DNA from: Akkermansiaceae bacterium
Lineage (GTDB): Bacteria > Verrucomicrobiota > Verrucomicrobiia > Verrucomicrobiales > Akkermansiaceae
Direction of reading: 5' to 3'
DNA length: 64,000 nucleotides
Assembly (NCBI GenBank): GCA_051251915.1
Contig: JBPOGF010000002.1
Location: 96,001-160,000 of the forward strand
Shown here: in pieces, positions 9,113 to 17,961 of the stretch
Layout: each line of letters begins with the position of its first letter
Position numbering within the stretch: the first letter of the stretch is position 1
Notes under the pieces: model-generated
What the model was told of the DNA's origin: nothing
Database searches by the model: none
What the model saw: only the letters and a program-made list of their open reading frames with translations
Position numbers and translations under genes: made by a program

Positions 9113-10479
9113 TAGAGGGGTTTGATGTGTGGATAATGATAGCGAGCGATATAATAAAGGTTTTGAAGGAGAATGGAGTGATGCCTAGTAAGAAGTTGGG
9201 GCAGAATTTTCTTTGTGATGCAAACGTTGCTCGCTGGATTGTGGATCAGCTTGATCCGCAGCCTGAGGATACTGTGGTGGAGGTGGGGCCGGGAACTGGG
9301 GCGCTGACTGAGCATTTGGTGGGTAAGGTGAAGCGGGTGATCTTGGTGGAGTATGATGCGAGGTTAGCAGAGTATCTGACTGATAAATTTAGCGATCGTG
9401 AGGATGTGGAGGTGCATCACTTTGATGGGGCGCGGTTTGATGTGAGGAGTTTGTATAAGCATGCGCCGATTAAGTTTTTGGGTAATTTGCCTTATAGTGC
9501 TGGTGGTGCGATCATGCGTAATTTCATGAAGAGCCCGACTCCGGTGGTGAGGGCGGTGTTGATGTTGCAGAAAGAGTTTATTGATAGGATAGTGGCGAAG
9601 CATGGGAGGAAGGAATACGGGGTGTTGTCGTTGCGGATGCAGAGTGAGTGGGCGAGTAAGCCGGTGAAGACTGTGCCGCCTGAGGCGTTTCATCCGAGGC
9701 CGTTGATTGATTCTACGGTGATGACTTGTGTGCCATCTGAGAATGGTGAGGTCTATGATAAGCGGTTATTTGATGAACTGGTGCGACGTGGGTTCTCGCA
9801 GAGAAGGAAGCAGGTGAAGAAGCAGATGCCTGATAATGCGGACTGGGAAGAGCTTTCTGCGTCGTTAGGATTGCCGGTGACGGCGAGGGCGGAGGAGATA
9901 AGCTTGGAGCAGTGGATTAAGATTACGCAGGCTTATGATGCTCATCCGTTGAAAAATATACCTCAGTGTGGGGATGAGATTTTCGATGTGGTGGATGAGG
10001 ATGATGTGGTTGTTAGGCAGGAGAAGCGGAGTGTGGTGCATGCGGAGAATTTGCTACATAGGGCGGTGCATGTGTTGGTTTTCAATAAGAAGAAGGAGGT
10101 GTTGCTGCAGAAGCGGAGTATTCTCAAGGATAAGTGTCCGGGGTTGTGGGATAGCAGTGCGGCGGGGCATCTGGAGACAGGGGAGAGCTATGATGACTGT
10201 GCTCCTCGGGAGCTGAAGGAGGAGTTAGCGATTGATTCTGAGGTGCAGCATATAGCGCAGCTTAAGCCGAGTGAGAGGACAGGGTTGGAGCACATAGGGC
10301 TTTATGTGGCGCGGTATGATGGGGCATTGAGGTTTCCGTGTAGCGAGATAGAGCATGCTATTTGGTTCGATATGGATCAACTCAATGATTGGATAGCTGC
10401 TCGACCTGAAGATTTTGCTACTGGATTTCTGGAATGCTGGACTGTGTTTTATGAGAAATTTAGTAACTACGAGGGATAG
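9094..10479 (+). CDS. rsmA: 16S rRNA A1518/A1519 dimethyltransferase fused to a C-terminal Nudix domain (likely start 9136)
   Basis: KKLGQNFL, EVGPGTG, GNLPY, FSQRRKQ; then HRAVHV..LLQKRS..K..CPGLWD and Nudix box GHLETGESYDDCAPRELKEEL. Confidence 0.93.
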   Translation: MFDGVSIEGFDVWIMIASDIIKVLKENGVMPSKKLGQNFLCDANVARWIVDQLDPQPEDTVVEVGPGTGALTEHLVGKVKRVILVEYDARLAEYLTDKFSDREDVEVHHFDGARFDVRSLYKHAPIKFLGNLPYSAGGAIMRNFMKSPTPVVRAVLMLQKEFIDRIVAKHGRKEYGVLSLRMQSEWASKPVKTVPPEAFHPRPLIDSTVMTCVPSENGEVYDKRLFDELVRRGFSQRRKQVKKQMPDNADWEELSASLGLPVTARAEEISLEQWIKITQAYDAHPLKNIPQCGDEIFDVVDEDDVVVRQEKRSVVHAENLLHRAVHVLVFNKKKEVLLQKRSILKDKCPGLWDSSAAGHLETGESYDDCAPRELKEELAIDSEVQHIAQLKPSERTGLEHIGLYVARYDGALRFPCSEIEHAIWFDMDQLNDWIAARPEDFATGFLECWTVFYEKFSNYEG

Positions 10480-10480
10480 C

Positions 10481-11671
10481 TTATGACTCTGTGTTCTGTG
10501 GCTTCTCTTTGAGGACATTTAGATCTGTGAGTCCGAGGGTTTCTAGGTCAGCGAACTGGTCTTTGAGGTGGTTTAGCTGATCTGAGGAGTGGAGCTCTGA
10601 TTCTCTGTTAAATGCGGCGCGGAATAGGCTTAGCAGGATATCTGAGGTGGCGACGGTGACTAGGAGAACCGTTGCTAGGAAATTGCTAATGAATGATGCG
10701 ATGGTGGCGATGTCCCATTCTTTTACTTTGGTGAGCAAGAGGGCGATCATGGCTACTATTCCTATGAGGTTGTAGAATTGTAATTTTTTGCGTGCTCCGC
10801 GTAGTACTTCATCAAGTTCTTCAGCGGATGCGGGGGAGGTGAGCTTGCGTGCGTTCATTACTAGGGTGAGTGGGGCAAAGCTGTATGCCGCTAGGGCGAC
10901 GATAGCTAGGAAGCTTTGGGCTTGGACAGCGATCATTAGGGCGATGATGAAGAATAAGGCGTAGAGTGGTGCGATGATAATGGCGATCCATCCGGGCATG
11001 GGTGATTCTGGGATGAGTGTTTTTAGCGCTAGTGATGAGCGGATGAGGCCGGGGAAGAGACCTAGGACCATGGGGAGTAGGGTTAGTAGGAAGAGAGCTC
11101 CGATTCCAGCAATGGTGATCATGGCTTGTTGTGGTCCCATGACATTGGTGTCTAGGAAGGGTTCTACAGGGATCATCGAGATGGCAAAGGGGATGACGAA
11201 CATGCTCATCCAGCCAAGGCGGGTGCATTTCTTTGTTTTTTTAACGTTTGACCAAGCTAGTGCAGCTTGGGCGATAAAATAGGTGGCTCCTATCTTAGCG
11301 ATGATGAACATGATTAGGATGAAGGTGATGATGCCGGGGACTTTGTCTTCAATGACTTCTACTAATTCTATCAGGGAAAAGATGACGGCGATAGTTAGAG
11401 ATACGCCAGCTATCCAGAGTAGGCCGCGGCGCCAGGCTAAAAAATTTCTCGCTAGAATAGACTCTTTCGGAATTCCTGAGGCGTCTAGGGTAGTTTGCTC
11501 GCTGTCTAGAAGTTCTTGTTGTTGGAAATCACTTTTTATAAAGCGATGGAAGAATGTTTTGGTAGTTGCTTGGATGGTCTGCAACTTTTGACTAAAACTT
11601 TGGTCAAGGTTTACTGGAGTGGGGGAGGTAGACTCGGAGGGTGATGTAGGTGGAGTGTTCGAATCATTCAT
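10481..11671 (-). CDS. Multi-pass membrane protein, unknown function
   Basis: 396 aa ORF with about 8 hydrophobic segments. Confidence 0.7.
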   Translation of the reverse strand: MNDSNTPPTSPSESTSPTPVNLDQSFSQKLQTIQATTKTFFHRFIKSDFQQQELLDSEQTTLDASGIPKESILARNFLAWRRGLLWIAGVSLTIAVIFSLIELVEVIEDKVPGIITFILIMFIIAKIGATYFIAQAALAWSNVKKTKKCTRLGWMSMFVIPFAISMIPVEPFLDTNVMGPQQAMITIAGIGALFLLTLLPMVLGLFPGLIRSSLALKTLIPESPMPGWIAIIIAPLYALFFIIALMIAVQAQSFLAIVALAAYSFAPLTLVMNARKLTSPASAEELDEVLRGARKKLQFYNLIGIVAMIALLLTKVKEWDIATIASFISNFLATVLLVTVATSDILLSLFRAAFNRESELHSSDQLNHLKDQFADLETLGLTDLNVLKEKPQNTES

Positions 11672-11759
11672 AGTTACATTATATTTGTTATAAGTAACTA
11701 TGAGAATAGAATGCGGCTGAGGCCGGTCAATCTAATTTTTAGATGTTAATCTTACATTG

Positions 11760-12284
11760 TTAGTCCATTACAGCTAGTCTCTCATTTCCTCCTGATTGGT
11801 TGAGGCGGTCGATGAGTGTCCATGCGCTATTTTGTCCTTCTTTGGTGAGGCGGTACATTTTGTGTGAGTGGAGTCCGTCGCTGTTAATCTTGATGAGGTC
11901 TTTCTTCTCTAGATTATCCACAATCTTGGTGGTGTTCGCTGGTTTGCGGTCGTAGCTGTGGAGGTAGATGTTGATGCGTTTTGTTTCAACGTGCTCTTCA
12001 TCTTCTAGCTCTTTATAGAGGCATGCTAATAAAACGCACTCACTGCCTGAGAGGCGATAGGTGGGATCATCAAGGACTTTTCGGATGGTTCTGAGTGTGT
12101 CTGATGTTTTTTGGTCGCCGCCGTCATCGAGGTCCATCGCAGATAGTAAGGCTTCCTCTGCCTTACGGAATTCTAGCGATTTGGTGATGAACTCTTGGTA
12201 GAGCTGAAGCTGCTCCACGCTAAGTTCTTCATGCACGCTGGTGAGTGAATGAGTTAGATTCCGGAAGTTATGTGTATCGGACAT
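11760..12284 (-). CDS. Hypothetical protein with C-terminal winged-helix domain
   Basis: NTTKIVDNLEKKDLI...KMYRLTKEG wHTH signature. Confidence 0.65.
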   Translation of the reverse strand: MSDTHNFRNLTHSLTSVHEELSVEQLQLYQEFITKSLEFRKAEEALLSAMDLDDGGDQKTSDTLRTIRKVLDDPTYRLSGSECVLLACLYKELEDEEHVETKRINIYLHSYDRKPANTTKIVDNLEKKDLIKINSDGLHSHKMYRLTKEGQNSAWTLIDRLNQSGGNERLAVMD

Positions 12285-12535
12285 GATGCTAAATTAGCAA
12301 TTTTTTAAAAAATTAGCAAGTATTTATTAATTGTGAATATTTTAGAGCTAAAAAGGCCTTTAAAAGCGCTGAAAACGTAACTTTATTAACATTTTTAAAA
12401 TATTAATTTTACTTAAATTAGCTAAAATTTCCATTGTTTTAGAAGGGTTGTAGAAATTGCTAATAGAATTGGTTGCGTAAATTAGCAAATTTGAGGTAGT
12501 TTTTAGTCACTCAAACGAAACACAACAACTTATCC

Positions 12536-13228
12536 ATGAAAAAGCGCTACCACACACTTCCAGCAAGACAGCAGTTTAGTCTCAATGGCTCAGCTTCAAA
12601 CCGTTCCCTCAGAGGGTCTCTTAAGGGGCTTGGTGGAGGAGTTAGCGAAAAATTAGCTAAGAGTGTTCCTCAAGATGGCAACTTAGCAAAATCTAATCAA
12701 GAAAGCATAGATCCACTCGCTGAGTGGGATAAAGAAGAGGAGTATGAAATGAAATTAGCAGACGAGATTTCTGAAAATGAGCTAAAAGGGTTCACCTTTG
12801 GCTGTATTGAGTCACTAGCTAACTTGGCTGGTACTGAAAAGCAAAGTTTAGAGTTGGTGCTCGCAGATGTGGTTGCGGAAAAGCTCACTACTTTCTCGAA
12901 GTTAGCTCAAGAGAGTCAGGCGGCTAAAGTTGAATTTAAAGAATATGCGAATTGGAGTAAGCAGTTCATTACGAGTGTGCAACCGTTGTTAAAGGATGCA
13001 GCAGGGCCGGCTCAGGAGGTGAAGCAACTCACGACTCAAGTCATGCAGTGTGCTGAACGTAGCATGTGTCAGAAGTATCGTTCTGAATCATTGGCGAAAA
13101 GGGTGGAGTTTCTGGAGGGTGCTGTTGCTGCTTATGTAGCTAACTCTGGTTTGGAGCTAGGGTTTCCGGGATCTGTGATGGGTTCTGTAGCGGGTGCTGT
13201 GAAGCGTGCATTAGCTAAAGTTGCTTAG
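12536..13228 (+). CDS. Hypothetical helical/coiled-coil protein
   Basis: 230 aa ORF divergent from the wHTH gene; no recognised family. Confidence 0.6.
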   Translation: MKKRYHTLPARQQFSLNGSASNRSLRGSLKGLGGGVSEKLAKSVPQDGNLAKSNQESIDPLAEWDKEEEYEMKLADEISENELKGFTFGCIESLANLAGTEKQSLELVLADVVAEKLTTFSKLAQESQAAKVEFKEYANWSKQFITSVQPLLKDAAGPAQEVKQLTTQVMQCAERSMCQKYRSESLAKRVEFLEGAVAAYVANSGLELGFPGSVMGSVAGAVKRALAKVA

Positions 13229-13495
13229 TTTCGAAGTTAGTGAAATAAATTTTTTATATAGTAATACGGGGGTATTCAGTCATTCACTCCTCTTTAATTT
13301 GGGTCTAGTTTGGTGCTATTAAGTTGCCACTTGCTCATGTTATAGAGGGGTGTTTGGCTTTTTTTTTGTTGAGCTAGCTTCTTAATATTATTCAGATAGT
13401 CTTGACGTTTTGATATTTAAGATTATTTATTTATAGCCGTCTCACTATCGGTTCTCAATTTTCATACACTAATTAGTGCCTCCACATTCTCGGGT

Positions 13496-14554
13496 ATGAT
13501 ATTTTTTGTGCTTAGGGGGTATTTTATACTTATGAATATTTTAGCCAGAATTATCATAGCTGCTTCTTTAACGGGAACGGTATCACATGCCTTAGATATA
13601 AATTTGAATGCAGCCTCAGGAATGAGTCAGGATTCGATCGATGCTTTCGAGATAGCTGCGCAATACTGGGAAGGTGTGTTGACTGACTCAGCGGTGGTTA
13701 ATATTGATATTGATTTCACTACGTTGAATCCAGGGGTGCTTGGATCTGCAGGCTCTACTACGCAGTCTATAGCTGTGAGTAGCTTCTTTGCTGCATTAGC
13801 TTTAGATAGTAGTTCGCCTAGTGATGATACAGCTGTGGCAAACTTGCCTGCATTGTCTGGTGTTGGTGGGATGGATTTTAGGACTCAGATCTTTGATGGC
13901 TCATCTATGGTTATGGGGCTGGATGATAATGATAGTGGGAATAATCTTTTCCTAGATCTGAATACGGCGAATGCTAAGGCATTGGGGTTATTTTCAGGTT
14001 ATGAAGCAGGAGTGGATTCAGATGCTTCTATTACCTTTAATGATGCGTTTTCATGGGATTACGATAATAGGGATGGTGTGGGTGCAGGGTTGCAGGATTT
14101 TGTGGGGGTGGCTATTCATGAGATTGGCCATAGTTTGGGTTTTGTTAGTGGGGTGGATACGATGGATGCCGTTATAGATAATCCTCAGAGTGTTCAAAAT
14201 TTCAGGGTGTTTTCAGGTTTGGATGTGTTTCGGTATAGTGCTGACGGGGTTCTGGATTTATCTGTAGGGACGGCCTCTTATTTTTCAATTGATGGTGGAA
14301 CTACCGCGCTGGCTGCATTTTCCACTGGGAGTTCTAATGGTGATGGGCAACAAGCTAGCCATTGGAAGGATAATCTTGGTATAGGTATTATGGATCCAAC
14401 TGCACAGCCTGCTGGCAATGTTAATGTGGTTACGGATCTAGATCTGCAAGCATTTGATGTGATAGGGTGGGACTTGGCGCAGGTGCCGGAGCCGACCTCG
14501 GTGGTGTTTTTGGCTCTTGGGGCATGTAGTGTGGTGTGGCGTCGTAGCAGATAG
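13496..14554 (+). CDS. PEP-CTERM-anchored zinc metalloprotease (HEIGH..LGF type; likely start 13532)
   Basis: Signal peptide, HEIGHSLGF, SHWKD, IMDP Met-turn, VPEP-TM-RRSR tail. Confidence 0.88.
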   Translation: MIFFVLRGYFILMNILARIIIAASLTGTVSHALDINLNAASGMSQDSIDAFEIAAQYWEGVLTDSAVVNIDIDFTTLNPGVLGSAGSTTQSIAVSSFFAALALDSSSPSDDTAVANLPALSGVGGMDFRTQIFDGSSMVMGLDDNDSGNNLFLDLNTANAKALGLFSGYEAGVDSDASITFNDAFSWDYDNRDGVGAGLQDFVGVAIHEIGHSLGFVSGVDTMDAVIDNPQSVQNFRVFSGLDVFRYSADGVLDLSVGTASYFSIDGGTTALAAFSTGSSNGDGQQASHWKDNLGIGIMDPTAQPAGNVNVVTDLDLQAFDVIGWDLAQVPEPTSVVFLALGACSVVWRRSR

Positions 14555-14623
14555 TTAGTTATCTAGTTTTTTGATGTTATGAGATAGGGGTAATTTTTCA
14601 CGGAGGAATCTGGTTTGTAGAAA

Positions 14624-14641
14624 TTCAAATGGTTATTTGAA
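14624..14641. promoter_or_regulatory. Candidate TetR operator palindrome
   Basis: TTCAAAT-ggtt-ATTTGAA, 47 bp upstream of the TetR start. Confidence 0.55.
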
Positions 14642-14687
14642 AAAATGATTTGATCTCTGTCAATTCCGAGACTATTGAAAATTCAAC

Positions 14688-15326
14688 ATGAAACACGATG
14701 CCAAAGAAAAACTGATACGAAGCGCCATAGAGGTGTTTGCGGAGCAGGGGTATCGTGCGGGGAAGATAGCGGATATTGTTAAGGGCGCGGGGGCTAATAT
14801 AGCTGCTGTGAATTATCATTTTGGTTCTAAGGATCAGCTTTTTGTTGAGGCGCTGAGGCAATCTTATGCTGATGCAGATGAGGTTTATCCGAGCCGGGGG
14901 GATTTACCGGAGAGTGCTACGGCTGAGGAGAAGATAGGGGCTTTGGCTAGTGCTGTATTGAGTAGGTCATTTGATTATGGTAAGGCGGGGAATTTTAATC
15001 GCATTATGAGTAAGACGATGAATATGCCGGGCTCGCCAGTGGAGATGATTTTGGGGGAGGTTGAGCAATTTGAGATCAAATATTTATCGACGGCTTTAGC
15101 TGAATATTTGGGCACGAAGGATGAGCCACTTATCGGGTGGGCGGTGGCTGTGTTTATTTCGCTTGCGACAATGATTTCGAAGTGTCCATCGGGAGCGAAG
15201 AAGCGGATCTTCAAAAATGAGCCTAATTTACAACCTAAGCAGAGTCAGATCGATGCGATGACAGCGTCTCAGACGGCAGCTATCTTTGCGGCACTGAATG
15301 CTTTGCCCAAACAATTTCCAACGTAA
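14688..15326 (+). CDS. TetR/AcrR family regulator
   Basis: LIRSAIEVFAEQGY...IVKGAGANIAAVNYHFGSKDQL HTH. Confidence 0.92.
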   Translation: MKHDAKEKLIRSAIEVFAEQGYRAGKIADIVKGAGANIAAVNYHFGSKDQLFVEALRQSYADADEVYPSRGDLPESATAEEKIGALASAVLSRSFDYGKAGNFNRIMSKTMNMPGSPVEMILGEVEQFEIKYLSTALAEYLGTKDEPLIGWAVAVFISLATMISKCPSGAKKRIFKNEPNLQPKQSQIDAMTASQTAAIFAALNALPKQFPT

Positions 15327-15332
15327 AACGAC

Positions 15333-16709
15333 ATGAATTCTAAGTATCTAATTTCTGCAACTATACTACCGTTAATGACCGTTGTGTCTTCATGCAGTAA
15401 TATGCCATTACAGCCAAAAGCAAAGGCAACTGATGCGAATCAGACTATAGCTGTTCCGAGTCAATTTGATGCGAGTCCACAACCGGTGCCTGAGGTGGCG
15501 AGTGGGTTGAAGTCGTTGTTTTCTGATTCTCGGTTGAATGGTTATGTGGATAAGGCTTTGTATTCTAATCCTGATTTACAGACGAGTTTGGCGAAGTTAG
15601 AGGAGGCTGGATTTAATACACGAAAGGCTTATGCTCCTGGTTTGCCGTCGCTTTCTGCGAGTGCTGCATTGGGTAGAACGAGGTCTAGTGGTTCTAACAC
15701 TGGGGTTTATTCTGCATCTCTGGATGCTCAGTGGGAGGTGGATGTTTGGGGGAGGATTCGTGCTGGTGTGGATGCGGCATCACGTGATCAGGCGGCGTTG
15801 GCAGCGGATCATGAGGCGTCTCGTCAATCGATAGCGGCGCAGACGATGCAGGCTTACTTTTCTCTGATCGCTTCGGAGAAATTGTTAGATTTATCGCAGC
15901 GACGTTTGGTTAGTTTTGAGCAGACTGTGAAGTTGGTGAATAGGCGCTTTGAAGCGGGTACTGGAGAGCTTAGTGATCTTGATTTAGCCCGCACGGATGT
16001 AGAGAATACACGTGCGCAGGTAGAAGAACGCAAGGACTCGCGAGACCAGGCTGCACGGCAGCTTGCTGCTCTAACTGGGAGCTACCCAAGTGCTGGGGCA
16101 TCGGTAAGAAGTTATCCATCTTTGAGACGAAGTGTTCCGGCAGGAGTTCCATCTTCAGTGATGTTGAAGCGACCAGATATTCATGCGGCTTATACGAGAA
16201 TCCTTGCTGCGGATTCTCGGGTTACGGTTGCGCATCGTGATCTTTATCCGAGTTTTCCACTTACGGCTAGTGCTGGGCAGAGTTCAAATGTGTTGAAGAG
16301 TTTAGCCGATACTAATTTTAGTGTGTGGTCGATAGCTGGTAATCTAACAGCTCCGATTATAGACGGGGGAAGTCGACGTTCAGAGCTAGGTGCTGCGAAT
16401 GCGCGAGCTAAGCAGGCGTTGACTACGTATCGGTCTACAGTGTTAGCTGCATTTCAAGAGGTGGAGAATGCGCTAGGGTCTGAGTATTATTTACAGCGTC
16501 AGGAGAGTTCATATACCAGTGCTCTTAGTGCGGCTCGAAGTGCGGAAGAGCGGACTCAAAAGAATTACGAAAAAGGTCTGGTGGAGATCCTTACATTTCT
16601 TGATGCACAGCGCCGATCTTTCACTACTGAGGAATCTCTTATTAATACTAAAGCTCTCCGTTACCAGAACCGAGTCAGCCTAGCGCTTGCATTAGGTAAA
16701 GGTCTCTAA
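15333..16709 (+). CDS. Outer membrane efflux lipoprotein (NodT/TolC family)
   Basis: VSSC lipobox, NPDL, WEVDVWG, RPDI, AFQEVENAL. Confidence 0.92.
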   Translation: MNSKYLISATILPLMTVVSSCSNMPLQPKAKATDANQTIAVPSQFDASPQPVPEVASGLKSLFSDSRLNGYVDKALYSNPDLQTSLAKLEEAGFNTRKAYAPGLPSLSASAALGRTRSSGSNTGVYSASLDAQWEVDVWGRIRAGVDAASRDQAALAADHEASRQSIAAQTMQAYFSLIASEKLLDLSQRRLVSFEQTVKLVNRRFEAGTGELSDLDLARTDVENTRAQVEERKDSRDQAARQLAALTGSYPSAGASVRSYPSLRRSVPAGVPSSVMLKRPDIHAAYTRILAADSRVTVAHRDLYPSFPLTASAGQSSNVLKSLADTNFSVWSIAGNLTAPIIDGGSRRSELGAANARAKQALTTYRSTVLAAFQEVENALGSEYYLQRQESSYTSALSAARSAEERTQKNYEKGLVEILTFLDAQRRSFTTEESLINTKALRYQNRVSLALALGKGL

Positions 16710-16751
16710 CAGAAAAAATCTAACAGTAACACTCTAACAAATCTATTTATT

Positions 16752-17915
16752 ATGCCAAATTTCATCATTCGTGTCGTCGTTTCATTTGCCCTGCTTTTTG
16801 GAGCCTATGAGTTAGGTCAGTGGCTCATCAGTGGTAAGGAGGAACCTAAGGGCAAGAAGCCTGTTGTGGTTATCCCTACGGTGACTACTCTTAGAATTGA
16901 TAAGTCTAACCATCAGCCTGAAGTGGTTAGTTACGGGAATGTTCAGAGTTATTTTGAAACAAACCTTACCTCTGAGGTGGAAGGGAAAATCATCTTGGTT
17001 TCGAAGAATTTCCGTGTGGGTAAGATGGTTCAGGAGGGGGAGGTGCTGGCGATGATTGATGATACTGATTATCAAGCTGCGCTCGCTACTCAGAAGGCAA
17101 ATTTGATTTTACAAGAGCGCAATTTAGCAGAAGAGGAAGTCCGTTCACAGCAGGCTTCTGAGGACTGGGTTGCTTCTGGACGTAAGCTTACTACCGCTTC
17201 CTCTTATGTTTTGCGTAAACCTCAGTTGGCGGCAGCTGAGTCAAATATAGATTCGGCCAAGGCTGCGGTTAAGAAAGCAGAGGCTGATTTGGAGAGAACT
17301 AAGATTGTGGCTCCTTATGCGGCGATTGTTACGGAGAGAGTAGCCGCTCTTGGGAATTTCGCTAATGATAATACTTCGCTTGGGAGGCTGGTAGCAACTG
17401 AGAAAGCTGAGGTGCGAGTGCCTCTTACTGCTGAGCAGATGAATCAGGTTCAATTTTCTGACAAGGAGAAGACGGTTCTTAAGCTTACGATGCCTAGTAA
17501 GAGTGGGTTAAGTTGGGATGCTGAGTTATCTAGTTTAGATCCTACGATAGATACTCAGAATCAGGTGAGTTATGCGATTGCTACTGTTAATGATCCCTAC
17601 AAGTCACTAGAGAAAACGTTGCCTATTGGTAGTTTTGTGAATGTTGCTTTGCCTGCGAAGGAGATTAAAGATGCTTATAAGATTCCAGAGGCTGCTCTTG
17701 TAAATGATCAATTTTTCTGGATCGTGGGTGAGGATGATAAGCTGGTGAAGATAGAGGCTGAGCGTATTCAGAGTAGTGAAGGTTACGCTTATGTTACTGC
17801 GAAATCTGATTTAGCAGGAAGTGAGATCCAGCTTGTCTCACGGCCACTGAGCACGTTCCGCTCGGGATCTCAAGTGCAGGTAGAAAAAGATCAAGAAGAA
17901 GTTAATCAACCCTAG
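16752..17915 (+). CDS. RND efflux periplasmic adaptor (membrane fusion protein)
   Basis: N-terminal TM, EVEGKI, LERTKIVAPY lipoyl-like halves; between the OMF and RND genes. Confidence 0.92.
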   Translation: MPNFIIRVVVSFALLFGAYELGQWLISGKEEPKGKKPVVVIPTVTTLRIDKSNHQPEVVSYGNVQSYFETNLTSEVEGKIILVSKNFRVGKMVQEGEVLAMIDDTDYQAALATQKANLILQERNLAEEEVRSQQASEDWVASGRKLTTASSYVLRKPQLAAAESNIDSAKAAVKKAEADLERTKIVAPYAAIVTERVAALGNFANDNTSLGRLVATEKAEVRVPLTAEQMNQVQFSDKEKTVLKLTMPSKSGLSWDAELSSLDPTIDTQNQVSYAIATVNDPYKSLEKTLPIGSFVNVALPAKEIKDAYKIPEAALVNDQFFWIVGEDDKLVKIEAERIQSSEGYAYVTAKSDLAGSEIQLVSRPLSTFRSGSQVQVEKDQEEVNQP

Positions 17916-17961
17916 TCCGTCATTCCGTTCCCTAGCTTGAGCTATCCGATCACAATTCATC

